A stretch of 64,000 nucleotides of DNA from NCBI GenBank assembly GCA_030704615.1, contig CM060733.1:7812001-7876000 (forward strand), in the 5' to 3' direction. A model generated the notes under the pieces. The model searched no databases, was not told the origin of the DNA, and saw only the letters and a program-made list of their open reading frames with translations. The translations under genes were made by a program, and so were the position numbers. Positions 44,921 to 56,984 of the stretch are shown here, in pieces; positions within the stretch are counted from its first letter, which is position 1; each line of letters begins with the position of its first letter. The DNA comes from Takakia lepidozioides. Taxonomy: Eukaryota; Plantae; Bryophyta.

Positions 44921-45751
44921 TCAATTATCTTCGGAGATGTCTGAACCAACCCTTTTCGCAGACAGCAGATGGGCACCTTCTCCTTCGACACTCTCTGCAC
45001 TTGCTTCTAATTTTGCGGGACTGGTGAGGTCAGAATCTTCTCGCCTCCCGAGTACCTGCTGCAAAGAAGCACCAAGAAGGAACACGACAACCAATGACTT
45101 TACATTACAGACTTGTGCACAGACAGCACCCCAAAGGTTAGCACTCTCCTCTATGTAGACGGGCCTACCTTCACTTCCAGTACGGGTCAGACTATCTTTT
45201 AGACGGAGAGGACTTCCCTCCCTCTTTGAAACTAGTGTTTCTTCAAAAATTTCATTAGAATCACGAGGGGGGAAATCGACAGCCACAGTCTCGTATTGAC
45301 CCATTTTCAGTGAGATCGGCTCTTTGTTCTCTTCTAGCCATCCCTCCCGGCATGACGTGAAGATGATAAGAATGTACTCTTTGTATTGTCCGAAAAGCGA
45401 CAGGGAAGTCTTCCACGTCTCTTCATCCGCTCTGGTGAACTTCCCTGACTTCACAACATAGCAAATGTTGTGAAGTTGAGGATGTTCTCTAGCTAAAAAC
45501 TTCTTCAGCTTCTTGCCTTCACGAAGATCTGAGACCGCCATAGAAAAGGTCGGCGAAAACAAACCGATCGTATCGATTATTTTCCAACCTTCTTGATTCG
45601 ACTCTACCTGGATTTGATCCGTAACTGCATTCATCGAATTCCCCGTTCTGAACCTGCCCTCTACTCTGCCAATCAGCAGCATGTTGGCCACTGTAGACTT
45701 GCCACTTCCTGTTTTACCGATAAGAACTGATCTCCCAGAAGAAATCGACAT
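44921..45751 (-). CDS. AIG1/GIMAP-type P-loop GTPase, intronless, with a C-terminal hydrophobic segment
   Basis: G1 GKTGSGKST, G2 AVT, G3 IIDTIG, YVVKSGKFT, G4 IIFT, VDFPP. Confidence 0.85.
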   Translation of the reverse strand: MSISSGRSVLIGKTGSGKSTVANMLLIGRVEGRFRTGNSMNAVTDQIQVESNQEGWKIIDTIGLFSPTFSMAVSDLREGKKLKKFLAREHPQLHNICYVVKSGKFTRADEETWKTSLSLFGQYKEYILIIFTSCREGWLEENKEPISLKMGQYETVAVDFPPRDSNEIFEETLVSKREGSPLRLKDSLTRTGSEGRPVYIEESANLWGAVCAQVCNVKSLVVVFLLGASLQQVLGRREDSDLTSPAKLEASAESVEGEGAHLLSAKRVGSDISEDN

Positions 45752-46953
45752 TCTGAAGGAACTTAAAAGCAGTAAACATCAAGGTATCAACCGTTCAATG
45801 CTGCAGGTCGAGCTTACTTATCAGGGAGACAAGACGAGACAGCACTCGGATACCAGCTGCGACAGCCGCACAGCAGTTTTTAGATCTACAAACACTTCCG
45901 TAGCATCACAGCGCAACCATCCACTGCATCCAGAATGAGACCTTTCGAGCAGGACGCATTCACTCACCAAGAAACATGCAGAGCCTGGAACATGCAGTAT
46001 ATATATGACTGCAGACTACTGTAATTATGCGGGGACTGGCCGAGTGAAAGCATGTTGGGGACGATCGTCCCATTGAGCCATGCAGACTCATTGTGCAGAA
46101 GATTTGATTGCGCCCACAATCGCCCACAATCGCTTCTGTTGGGTATCTCGTGGCGGCTGAATCAAAGCCCTCAGCCGCCAACTTATCAATCACTATAATA
46201 ACATCATCTAGATCACGACGTCAGCCGCCGCCAGATTACATGACTCATGCGCCATCCTTCATAACTACAAGCCTGAAAATTCCAAGCAGGTTCGCATTTT
46301 TCCTTGCTCGCCAGAGAGAATGTGATGCACAGGAGAATGAGGATGCATAAGAAATTCCATCCTTTGAAACCCCCTGAACTACCCATTCTTACCATTCTTG
46401 CCTGTCAAGACTCAAAAATTATGCATCGCCTTGTTGTGCACCAACCATCAACATATACAAACATTCCAGTAGTTTCTTTGGGTATTGGGAATTGATTGTA
46501 TCCTGTTCACCAGTTGCAGAGCTCTGTACCTAGCTAGCTCTTCAATGTTTTGAGAGTGTGTTACCAATGCTTATCGCCTGTGAGACACTGGTCTTTTGGA
46601 GTCAAAAGTGTTTTTCCGGTTGAGTAGGTAATTGCCATTGTGGAACTCCTCACAACAGTCTAAGAACCTGGCCCAATTTGTAATTGGATTCATAATCACT
46701 GCTGGAAATATCCTATGCTTGTCCTTGGTTTACAGAGCGTAACAAAATGGCCTTGACAAGTCTCTTCTTCTCTCTCCTCCATTCAAAATGACTGAGAGCT
46801 CCATTTAAGATAGGCTCCATACACTCATGTCCCGTGATGTCCCTCTCAAACTCTTTGTGGGCCTTGTGTAAATAACTTTCTAATCTCTCTCTTGTCTCCT
46901 GATGGGTGCGACTCCTATACCAACAGTAGCTGACATATGAACAGGGAAATATC

Positions 46954-49900
46954 TTATACATCTAAGTACAAACGCACAAGCTGGAGGGAATCGAGTGGCA
47001 ACTTAACCCTCCAGTCCCGCTGTTTCCTAGTCAGCCCTCTCCCTTTTCCAGCCAAGTCTCTATTGATGCGTACATCCGCAAGTTTCCACACACTAGAGGC
47101 TTCTACAGCATTGAAGTACTCTAACTCCAATATCCCATCTTCCTCGGGAGCTTCTTTACCATTCTCGTTGGTGGCTGCACTTGAGATTTCTACATACCTC
47201 ACATACATGGGAAGTTCCTTAAAACGTTCAAGGTCTTCTGGGATCCGCAGCACACGTTCGGCACCTGGGGAAGAAACCTGAAAACGAAAGTACATGTAAG
47301 ACCATGACTGCTGCATTTGACCTAGTATCTTTTGAAGGGAGGCTTATGTATACAAAAACCCTTCAACAGATCTGCATTGCAGTACTGCACCAACAATATG
47401 TAGCAAATCCTTGCATTCCCTACTTGGCATTAATGAAAAGTTCTCACGGCTTTTAGTTGGAGTGTTCAAAACCACCAACACGGAGTACGTTAAATCAATT
47501 TGCTGTAATATTTTTCTCTGCAACAGAAGAAATGGTAAGAGGTGCAACTTGACAGTACCTCAAGAGCTAGATCATCAGGTATATCTCCAGCTTCCCCAGC
47601 TTGTTCTAACCGTCTTCTGTATGCAGCAGAAAAGTTTTCAATCTCTTCCATTGTCGGAGACCCATACCTGCAACCCCACAGTAGCCGCCATACCCTTGCT
47701 CTTAACCACCGTTGCAAAGATCTCATCTCATTATAAGATACTCAGTATGTATAACGACTGATGGGACAGCCAAAGACAAGGAGTCAGCTTTGATGGAAGA
47801 GATTGGGGCTTAGCTTTGGGAAAGAACATTCAATGGTCTTACTCGAAATCACCTATACATTCATGGTCCTGCTGGAAATATTTCCGAGCAGAAATTTATT
47901 AGAGAGACAATGCCATGAGATTTTGCTTTCCTGTGGCCACAACCCCCCCAGCCAGTAACACCGGGTTTCCACTCCCATCGCAGAAAGATGGCTTGAAGAG
48001 TGGAGCTTACCCTTCAGATATGAAGTGCTTTGGCTTTTACCAATTTTCTCGAAAGACATTTTACTGTTGCATCAGTAGATTAAGTTGAGTTCAGTATTGT
48101 CTCGAGCCTCTCAGTACTAAAAGGAAAGAGGTTCCATGAAAGATTTTAATGCTTTTCATGTGCCTTTTGGGCAGTGGAACACATTAGAATGTAACAACAA
48201 AAGTGTGCTAGTGTCACTATCATGGCCAGACATTGAGCACATGAATTCCTCTTTCCCACCCAGTTGGTTTACTAAACAGAGAGAGGACAGCCTGAAGTGC
48301 TAGAAGAGGTGGACAAGAAATCATTTTCCAGCCTCCTGTTTGAGTCCCTGGTTTCAAGTAGTAAACTGGCAGTAGCTCTGTGTGTGAGTGAGAGGAAGAG
48401 GATAAAGAGCACATTAGATTTCTGCATGAAAGAGAACTACCACCCCCTTGGGAGACAAAATTCATACAACATCACTAGCACTTACACCTGAAGGACAGAG
48501 GCATAGAGCTCCCAAAGATGGCATGCAACTCCTACCGAAACCTTCAGAGACATTGCAGTTACACACTTCAGACAGTTACTCTTACTCCAAGCTTCCAATC
48601 CAAAAAAGGCCGTGACTAGCAATCAGCACTTACTTGTCAGGTATCTTGTCCAGCCGCACCCGAACAAGGCCGGCTTTTTTGGACACCTTGAAAGCAAAGA
48701 GAGCAAGATCACTATTCAACTCTGCCACCACCTCCTCAGCTAGGTTGAAAGCTGTTCCTGCCCATGGCACGTCCCCAAGTACGAAACCCCCTCCATCTCC
48801 TCCATCTCCTACCTGCAGAAGTTTTTCAACCTAGTTGTGTCAATGCTGCCCAGACTACTACTTGTAAGTTGAAAACATCTTTCTTCTGTACCTGTCACCA
48901 CCTTTTCTATTGCACCTGTGCACATAACTCTTCCTTAATTTTCCATCCATGTCTCTCCTGAAGAAGTGAGCAGACACATCACCATTCACTCAAACCACAC
49001 CCAATTTCAAGCCAATGAGTTACACAGACAGTTCCTCATTTAACCCTGCGCTTACAACAGAAGGAATGACCATCTGTGGAGACATGATCTTGATTTCCCG
49101 AGCAGAAACCCTCCTCTCCTTTATAACCGTAGTCTAAGCCATCAAGGACAACAGCATAGACACAAAATGGAAAAGGAACAACAATCCATAGCCCTTAATG
49201 CAGCCTCACCTCAGGCTCAGGCTCAGAGTCCTCCTCCCAAAAATCATCATCATCAAGGTGCTCACCCAGCTCATCATCAATCACTTCAGTTGCCCATCCA
49301 ACACCCAACAATCAAACAATGCCCAAAATGATCGTCAGCACAACAGTGAACCGACATATTCAGCTAAGCTGAACTGGACTGGGATCATCAAAAAACATTA
49401 CTAAATGACAATATCACAATTGTCAAGCCACGCGAAAAAGTTCACCTGCTGAAGCTATAAATGAGCACCAAACAGGCTAATTTCTGGATACACTTGCAGT
49501 GCTCGTATAACCATCACGCTTTCTACATGATGCTGATAAGATCCCTTAAAACAACCACTCCACGCGCCTTAGACCAGACAATCGTTAAGTTATTCCGGCA
49601 GGTAGGGCAATTCAATGCACTGGCAATCCCATTGCATGGTGGACAGACCCATTACCAGAAAATTTACCATGCCCATGACACTTTGCTCTCAAAGGTACCC
49701 ATAGGCAAGAATCTCAAGGAACCATCAATGAACATATCTATTTTTCCTTCCCTCTTCTTCTCACTTCATGTATGCACATGTCACTTACCATCAGCTTCGA
49801 GAATTTCCACGGTTTCCTCCTCCTCCTCCACAAAATCCTCGACAATTGCTATTGTATCACCCTCCTCGTCTAAATCTTCTTCATCAGACTCTTCAATCTT

Positions 49901-50713
49901 TTGCTTGCTCTTACGCTTCTTCTTCTCCTTGTGCTTGACTACGAGTTCTTCACTGAGAAGACCACTACCTGAAGTCGCAATTGATTCATACTTTTTCTTC
50001 TTAACCTTAATGTGTGCAGTTTCCGCCACATCGCCCAGTCTTGAAAGGCCATCACCACCCATTTCAAAGGCTTCCTTTAGCTTTTTCTTTTTCTGTTTTA
50101 GCTCTGTATCGACCTTGCCATTGCCTATCGTGTCATCCACAGCCACCAATCCCTCGTGCTTTTTTTTCACCTTGAGCTTCTTCTTGGCTTTCAATTTTTC
50201 CTCAATCTCTTCCTCCTCGGCCTCTGCCACATCTTCTTCCGTATCCTCCACGAGTAAATTCCTATCTGCCATTTTTTCCTTCTTCCCTGCGATGCTAGTG
50301 GAAAGCCTCCTTCCACGGTGACCGCTCTGAAGGGCAAGTGATAAATGGCCTCCATACCCAGAATACTCCAGCAAGGGGCTTGGGAGCTCTATTGCATCTC
50401 TAAGAGAACCTCTGACAATGCAGAGCAGTTGTGGGATGCTTCGATGAAGCCCAATACGTCTCCATTGAGAACATTCTTCGGCACTGCACAACCCTTTCGA
50501 GACTACAGGATAGCGATCCTTCTTACCGGGGCGTGACCGCAAATCACAAATCAACGCATTAATGCCCTCCCTCTCGCTGGAAATCAAATGGAAAGGTCGA
50601 GGAATACTCGCAGACGGCCATTGCAAAACCCTGCACTTGCATTTGGAAGATAAGGTCTGAGGCGTCCGGGAGGGACTACCAGTCCCGAAGGAGAACAGTC
50701 TGAGTGATCTCAT
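46954..50713 (-). CDS. Ribosome maturation factor RimP (DUF150)-like, probably plastid-targeted, with a long K/E-rich N-terminal region; ~5 exons
   Basis: VGDGGDGGG...PWA...LFAFK...VRVRLDK / YGSPTMEEIENFS...LALE / VSSPGAERVLRIPEDLERFKELPMYVRY...WKLADVR.NR...GKGR. Confidence 0.87.
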
Positions 50714-51583
50714 GAAATCCTAATGGAATGCAAGACTAGTACAAGTGCACAGAAGATGATATCTGCACGGGAGAATGATCGAGAAGCAGTGCGAGTGCCA
50801 TGCCAGCACTCGCATTCAGGAATTGCAACGTGGACCTAGCCATCAACACGTGCCACTTTCCAAAAACCCCATTTTCAAGCGTTTGCTTCTCCCATTGAGC
50901 TGGTGTGCTTGAGGGCAAACAACAAAGGATGGCAGGATTTCCTGGCAATCTGCTTTCAAAGATGGAGTAGAATAACCAAGCGTCTGTCTTATCAGATTCT
51001 TGATCTCTTCGAATTTCTGTTCTAAGCCCATTGTAGGTGAGGGCACTATCATCAGTACTGACACTCAACGTTAGCATTTCAAGAGCCTTCCAAAGTTGAC
51101 AATGCTGGACTGGAAGAAGAGGCATCACTCACTGACTAGAAGTAATGGAAGGGAACTGCTGTTGAATCAGAGAGAGAAGAAAGAAAGAATACTAAGTGAC
51201 AGCCAGCCTGTACTACTGTGAGAGGATATGAGTACTGTCTTGAGACTCAGGATGTCAATCAAAGCACCGAAGTCGATCTTACATAATCTCAGAGAGAGTT
51301 AGATCATATGTTAATACTTCTCGAGGATGTCACAATGGTTTTGTATGAAACCCATTCTGAGATTTGCAATGAGGTTTCAAGTCCGGATATGTTCAGGGAA
51401 ATGTTGCTGCAGGAAGCGCAAAACAGTAATCTGACTGACAAGATAAATTCATTATGGCCGCGAAGGAATTTTGCTCCTTACAGAGCTATCACACAAATGT
51501 ACAGTCCAAAAGGTACGTAATCCAAAATTACTTCGCGGGAGCTCATCTAATGACAGGTTCAGAGCTGAAGTTTATCGTGTTTC

Positions 51584-54500
51584 TCAAACACTAGAGCAGC
51601 AAGTAAGATCAGAAAACAAGTCCAGAAGATTAATCAACCATGGCCTACTAATTTTATTTGTTTTTGCCTACATACAATGTTAAGTGGCTGGTATTTATGC
51701 TGGCTTCAGCTGGATTCTTCTGTGCCCTAATGTCTCTTCGAACACGAAATGTTTAAGCAAAACTTGTTCACAGGATAGAACCGGCCAAATGGTTCAAATG
51801 GATCTTTTGGGATATCATTGCGCAATCTTTCAAAACATACAGGGCACTCTCTTTTCCTGCAAGAAAGACCACCAGCCATGTTAGTGTGGGATTGCCAACA
51901 AGGAATGCCCCATTATGCCCTTAAGCACCCCATTGTGTGGGAACAGGAAGGAACACATCAGCAAGGTAAACTAAACTATTGCCCCAAACCCCTGTTTCAA
52001 GAAAGAAAAGGTGTGACTTACTCACCTAGCAATCAGAGCTTTTTGGTGGACTCTATCGTGCACGTCCAGCAACAGCTCTCTCTCTTTCTTGGCTTTCAAA
52101 GTCTCTTGCATTAATAACTTCTGCTCTTCCTTCCATATATCCATCAGCAACTTCATTTCATCTCCACGCTGCCATACCCATTAACCCATGGCTCAGTGAG
52201 AAATTCAACACATAGATCCAAGGGAGTCCAGGTAAAAGGATGCCTCCTTCACATGGAAGGGCTGTCAGCACTAAATCCCCAGATTACCATGTGACCAGGG
52301 CACTTCTCTGCTGACTTTTGATTCTCTAGGACGTGGGAGAGCCCGGCAGCTATCAAGCCAACAAGGGAACGTCCCATTTGCACAACCTGTGGGTAGGATA
52401 TTGTCACCACTGGCACACATGACCACTTTTCCTCTTAACCACTGGGCAATCTGTTGAGAAGTAGGTGAGAGATGAACCAGATCCTTGACAGACTGCATTC
52501 AAAGCTTTTCAAGTCTGAATTGCTTTTACCATCCATACTGCACATCTGCCAGATCAAAACTCTCCCAAAATTTTGGAAAGAGACCTATCTGAAAAATGTG
52601 ATTTGGCTCAGATGCTGTACACAGTATTCTTTGTTGGTAGCAAAACTTGATGTCATAATAGTTAGTATCGTCAGGCAGTGTGAGACCACCAATGTACCAA
52701 GATTCAACACACCTTCATTTTTCGCCTGTTCTGAGCAGCTATGATCCTCCTATGTGTCATCCATGAATTATGATCTCGTTGTGCTTCCTCAAGTCTCTCC
52801 AAATTCTTCTTTTGCTGCTTTTCAATCCGCATGCTTCTTATATTGGTCATCTCCCTGCAAGTACCAAACATAAATAAGTGACTTTGACTAAGAAGAAACT
52901 GTATGCAGCTGAAGTTGTGGTGTCCAACGCAGATCTGCCTGAGGCACTATCAGATTACGGGATGATTTGTGGACATACACAAGCGACATTATAAGGTGAG
53001 CTATAGAGTACGGACGCAATAAGGATAAATGGCTTCTGATATGTAAGAACAAGTTAGAAGCTGGCCAGTCCAGGGCTCAATGGGGGATGGCATCTGCGTA
53101 AACCCGGAGAAGTGTAAGTAGCCTTGAGAACTGGACACCAAAAAAAATAAAGAGTGTATTAACCTTAAGGAGTCAACAGACTTACTCTTCTCTCTTGATC
53201 TTGTCAGCTAAGGTTTGAAATTGTTCTCTCACTGCCTCCACATCTTGTAGCCACATGAGATGTTCTTTCCTCAGTTCTTTCTCAATTGCCCCCATTTGGT
53301 CTTTTATGGTTTGTTTGGTGCTTGGTTCATACTTCTCGATTCTTCTCAAATCCTCTTGAAACCTTGCATCTATTTGAAGGAGCTGCATGAATAGGACTCC
53401 ACACTTCTATTATAAGAAAAGGCTGTAAGCTACTATTGTTGCAGTCACACAATACCATGTTATTAGCAACCAATAAGGCATTCCAAAGAAAACATTAATT
53501 GTTACTCAAGTTTTTACTGGCCCCCTAGTACACTCACAATACACAATCACATAAGGAGGATGAACTACAGAGAGAGCTCCTAATACCGCAAAAATTACTC
53601 TCTAGTGGTTTTGTTATTTTGGCATCATATATATTTACTGACAGCTGAAAGGACCTGGAAAGATTTTCAAAGGCCCTCAACCACTACACCGGAGGAGAGA
53701 GAGCTCACCTTCCTAGAATCTCTGAAAACGCGTTGAACCTGAAACTTGCGGGCTTGGTCCTTGAAGCCATCACTCCACTTCTTCTTAATATTAGCAACCT
53801 GATCAAACTGCTTGTCATCAAATATTTTTCCCCGTTTTTCGTCAATCTCCTCATCATCCAACAATTTGAGCCCCCGTATGTCTTTCAAGGATAGGCCCCT
53901 AGAGCATAATGTTCCACAAATATATATTAATGCTTTGAGAGCTTGGTATCAAGTATCAACATGAGTGTGGAAATTTGCTGGGACCCAAGTGTAGCCTCTC
54001 AACACCTAATGCTCAGTTCTCACTTACATCTTGCTGACTGATATCCAATCAATAGCCTTGGTTGTGTGATGTGGACATCAACCAGATCTTACTCGGCCAC
54101 ATCTCCCTACAGGTTTTCACCAATCATGGTGTCTTTTGAAATTCATATGTGCTTCATATACATAAATACTGGTCATTGTCCCTCCGCCCCCATATGTAAA
54201 CAACTGGGAACATCTGGAAGGTCAGATTCAACTCATTGTAAGCCCCACACTGGAGCTCATCGCCTTCAGTGATGGGGGTCCTCCTCATTCTGCTCTTCGG
54301 ACATGATTCACTCAATCTTATATGTACATTCTCCATAAACTGGCTTGGGGTCTGGTAGTGAGCTTGTACTCTGTGGCCATAAGGTAAGACAGTGAAGCAT
54401 ATCTCTACTCTCTAATGTGTACTATATCTACCTGTAGTGCATTGAGGTGGCCAGCTGGGAGCTGTAAATTCAAGTGGAAATCATTACATATTGAATGCCT

Positions 54501-55970
54501 GCTTTTGCGTGGCAGTACCTAGCAATCACTCAAATTTTATGGTTATGGTTGGATTTGTGAAAGAGATGTCACCTCTCGATTGTTATGTCAAATCCAGAAG
54601 GCTCTGTTCGTTCAGAAGTCGTTCTATGATCCTGACAACGGAATCCCAGTTGCTTACAACTAGAGCTTGCATGTTTCAGCCCATTACACTTCTCATTGTT
54701 TTTCTTATAATCTCCAGGGCACTTGTCCTCAAGCTCTTTTCCATCAATGTAGCCAACCTAATGTTGGCAGTTCATTATGTCAGAAAGAGCGAATCAACCT
54801 TGGGGCAAGAACATGAACCATCCCGCTCACCATGTCAATTACTATATGAGTATAAGTTGAACCCCCGAGCATTCCATCAAATTAGTTGACTACTAAGAGT
54901 AGGTTGATTGACATTCACCTCCGATGCCGGAAACACAAACACGTTTCGCTTTCCATCATCACCACCTCTACTATAAACTGCCAGAATCTCATGCAACTGA
55001 GGAGGATGAGGTTGCGTCTGGAATTCTGATCGAGGACGGTGTCCATCTTTTTGCAGGTGTTTCTCCTTCTGAGAATTCAGAATCCTTTCAACCGCAGCCA
55101 ACTGATTGTTCTCCACAATGAGAATATTAGGTTTCTGGTTTCCATTAGTACTTGCCATATTACCTCCAGTTTTGGGTTTGCAGCCCGAACATGGTAACTT
55201 GAAACCAGGCCTTGTTTGAAGGGGAGATTCCATCTCATCTTTGAGAGCTTCCTTAAGCGCACGGAAGTACCCACGATGCTGTCGGGCATTTTCCTTACTG
55301 AACTTCTCAGCATGGATGCACAAGGCATCCCACCCTTTAAATTTTTTTGGAGTTGGGCAAACTGCACAAGTCGGCTCTTCCTTCTCGAAGGAGCCCGGCC
55401 GCTTTGTGCCCCTCCTCTCCATAATATCCCGCCGCATCTCCAGTTCCTGTCATGGGCACAATTCACAAAAGTTCGGTTGCAAGGAATGTAAGGGTAAAGG
55501 AAGAAAAGGGACCTGGCATGCTCAAAGTGACAAACGGAATGCATGATAATGTCACAAATGTACACCGGGCTAGTCTGACTGAACCCTCAACTACTGCAAA
55601 CACTAGCTTCGCGGCCCCAAGATGTACGCACCTTTTTAACAACCGGCAAAAGTTTCTTGTATGCATTGTCTTCCACTGCTTTTTCTATCTCTACCGGAGT
55701 TTTCGAACGCTTGTGACAGTAATAATCGATGTCATGTTTCAAGTCAAGCACAAGAGCTCGAGCATCGCCGTTGAGATTCGCTGTCTGACTAGGCCCCAAC
55801 GCTGCACACTCATTATAGGGCCTGTCATCAAGTTGAAACTGACAAGAAGATGAAGAAGGACTGTAGTCTTGATGGTGTGAGAGATCCTTTTGGCGCTTTC
55901 TGGCAGCGTAGTCGGTTTGATGGCTGGGGGCGGCGTGGTCCAGTAAATAATATCCACGTTTGTGATCCAT
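51584..55970 (-). pseudogene. XS-domain (SGS3-like) zinc-finger and coiled-coil gene, with two in-frame TGA codons in an internal exon
   Basis: zf-XS-like CAVC...ALCIHA...QHRG. The spliced 'AVYSRGG...VFVFPASE|VGYIDGKEL' matches the SGS3 XS core. Phase-consistent coiled-coil exons lie at ~53898-53710, 53382-53186, 52854-52714 and 52168-52026. TGA codons are at 54154 and 54124; the last exon is tentative. Confidence 0.6.
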
Positions 55971-56984
55971 CCTCTATCGTGCGCCTCTCTAGATGTACTG
56001 CCACTTACTGTTCAGGTTCCAGAAGCTTGTTTTGGACAATTACATGAATGTACAAAATTTACTTCCAGGGGCAGTAAGCCAGAGTCTTCTCTCTATACAC
56101 ATCCACCAGGAGGCAGACATAGCTATGTAAGGACTCGCTATCGTCGAATTGGAGAGAGAATCCAAATGCTCGATTTCGCTGCCTGACTCGGACAAGCTCG
56201 ATCGAGCTATGTCATGATTGACAAACAGAGAGATACGAGAAAGAGAAAGACCTAGGCCCCAGTACATTGTTTCGCAAGTCTTCTAATGTGAGCAAGCTAC
56301 AATTTTGAGATAAGAGATCCTCAATCCTTGCATTCTGCAACTCGGAACGCATTATTGGATTCAGAAATCAGTACTGATTAGACTCTGTTGCGAGCAGCCA
56401 AATTAGCCTTGTGAACATAGACCCCACTTTGACTGAGGGACAGACGGCGGAAGAGGGTGGGAGTTGAGGGGAGATCAGCAGGAGCCCTCTACCTCAGTGC
56501 TAAGGAGCAAATTAGTCCGGGGAGAGACAAGGTGGTTGTGAGAGTGTGAGTACAAGAGAGGGGTGGGGGGAGTGTGAGAATAGGGAAGGGAAGGTTGGTT
56601 ACTGTCCTGCACAAGAGGCCAAGAGCTGCACCCTTTCACTACTCCATGTAACCTCTCAGGATTAAAAAACAACCCTGTAAAGCTTTATAGAAAGACCCAG
56701 ATGAGATGACATACCAAGTGACAACAAGCAACTTCTATTCAAGAGGGAAGATAATAGGAATAATGTAAGAACTTAATGCAAGCGCGTCAGGACGGTCCAG
56801 CCCTGACACCCGTACCGCCGGTTCTTCGCCTCCGGCAGACATCGAAAGGCAGCCGGCTGGGCTCGGTCAATCCCTCCCCCACCCCGCCCTCATCCCATCG
56901 GCGTCGTCGCCCCAGGCGCGTCGTCGCCCCCTGCGTCGTCGTTCTGCGACACCAGTCCGCCGCTTCCAGCAGTCCGCCAGTTCC

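Noticed and set aside
49461-50321. 286-aa S/F-rich plus-strand ORF
   Set aside because: Antisense shadow of the K/E-rich RimP exon.
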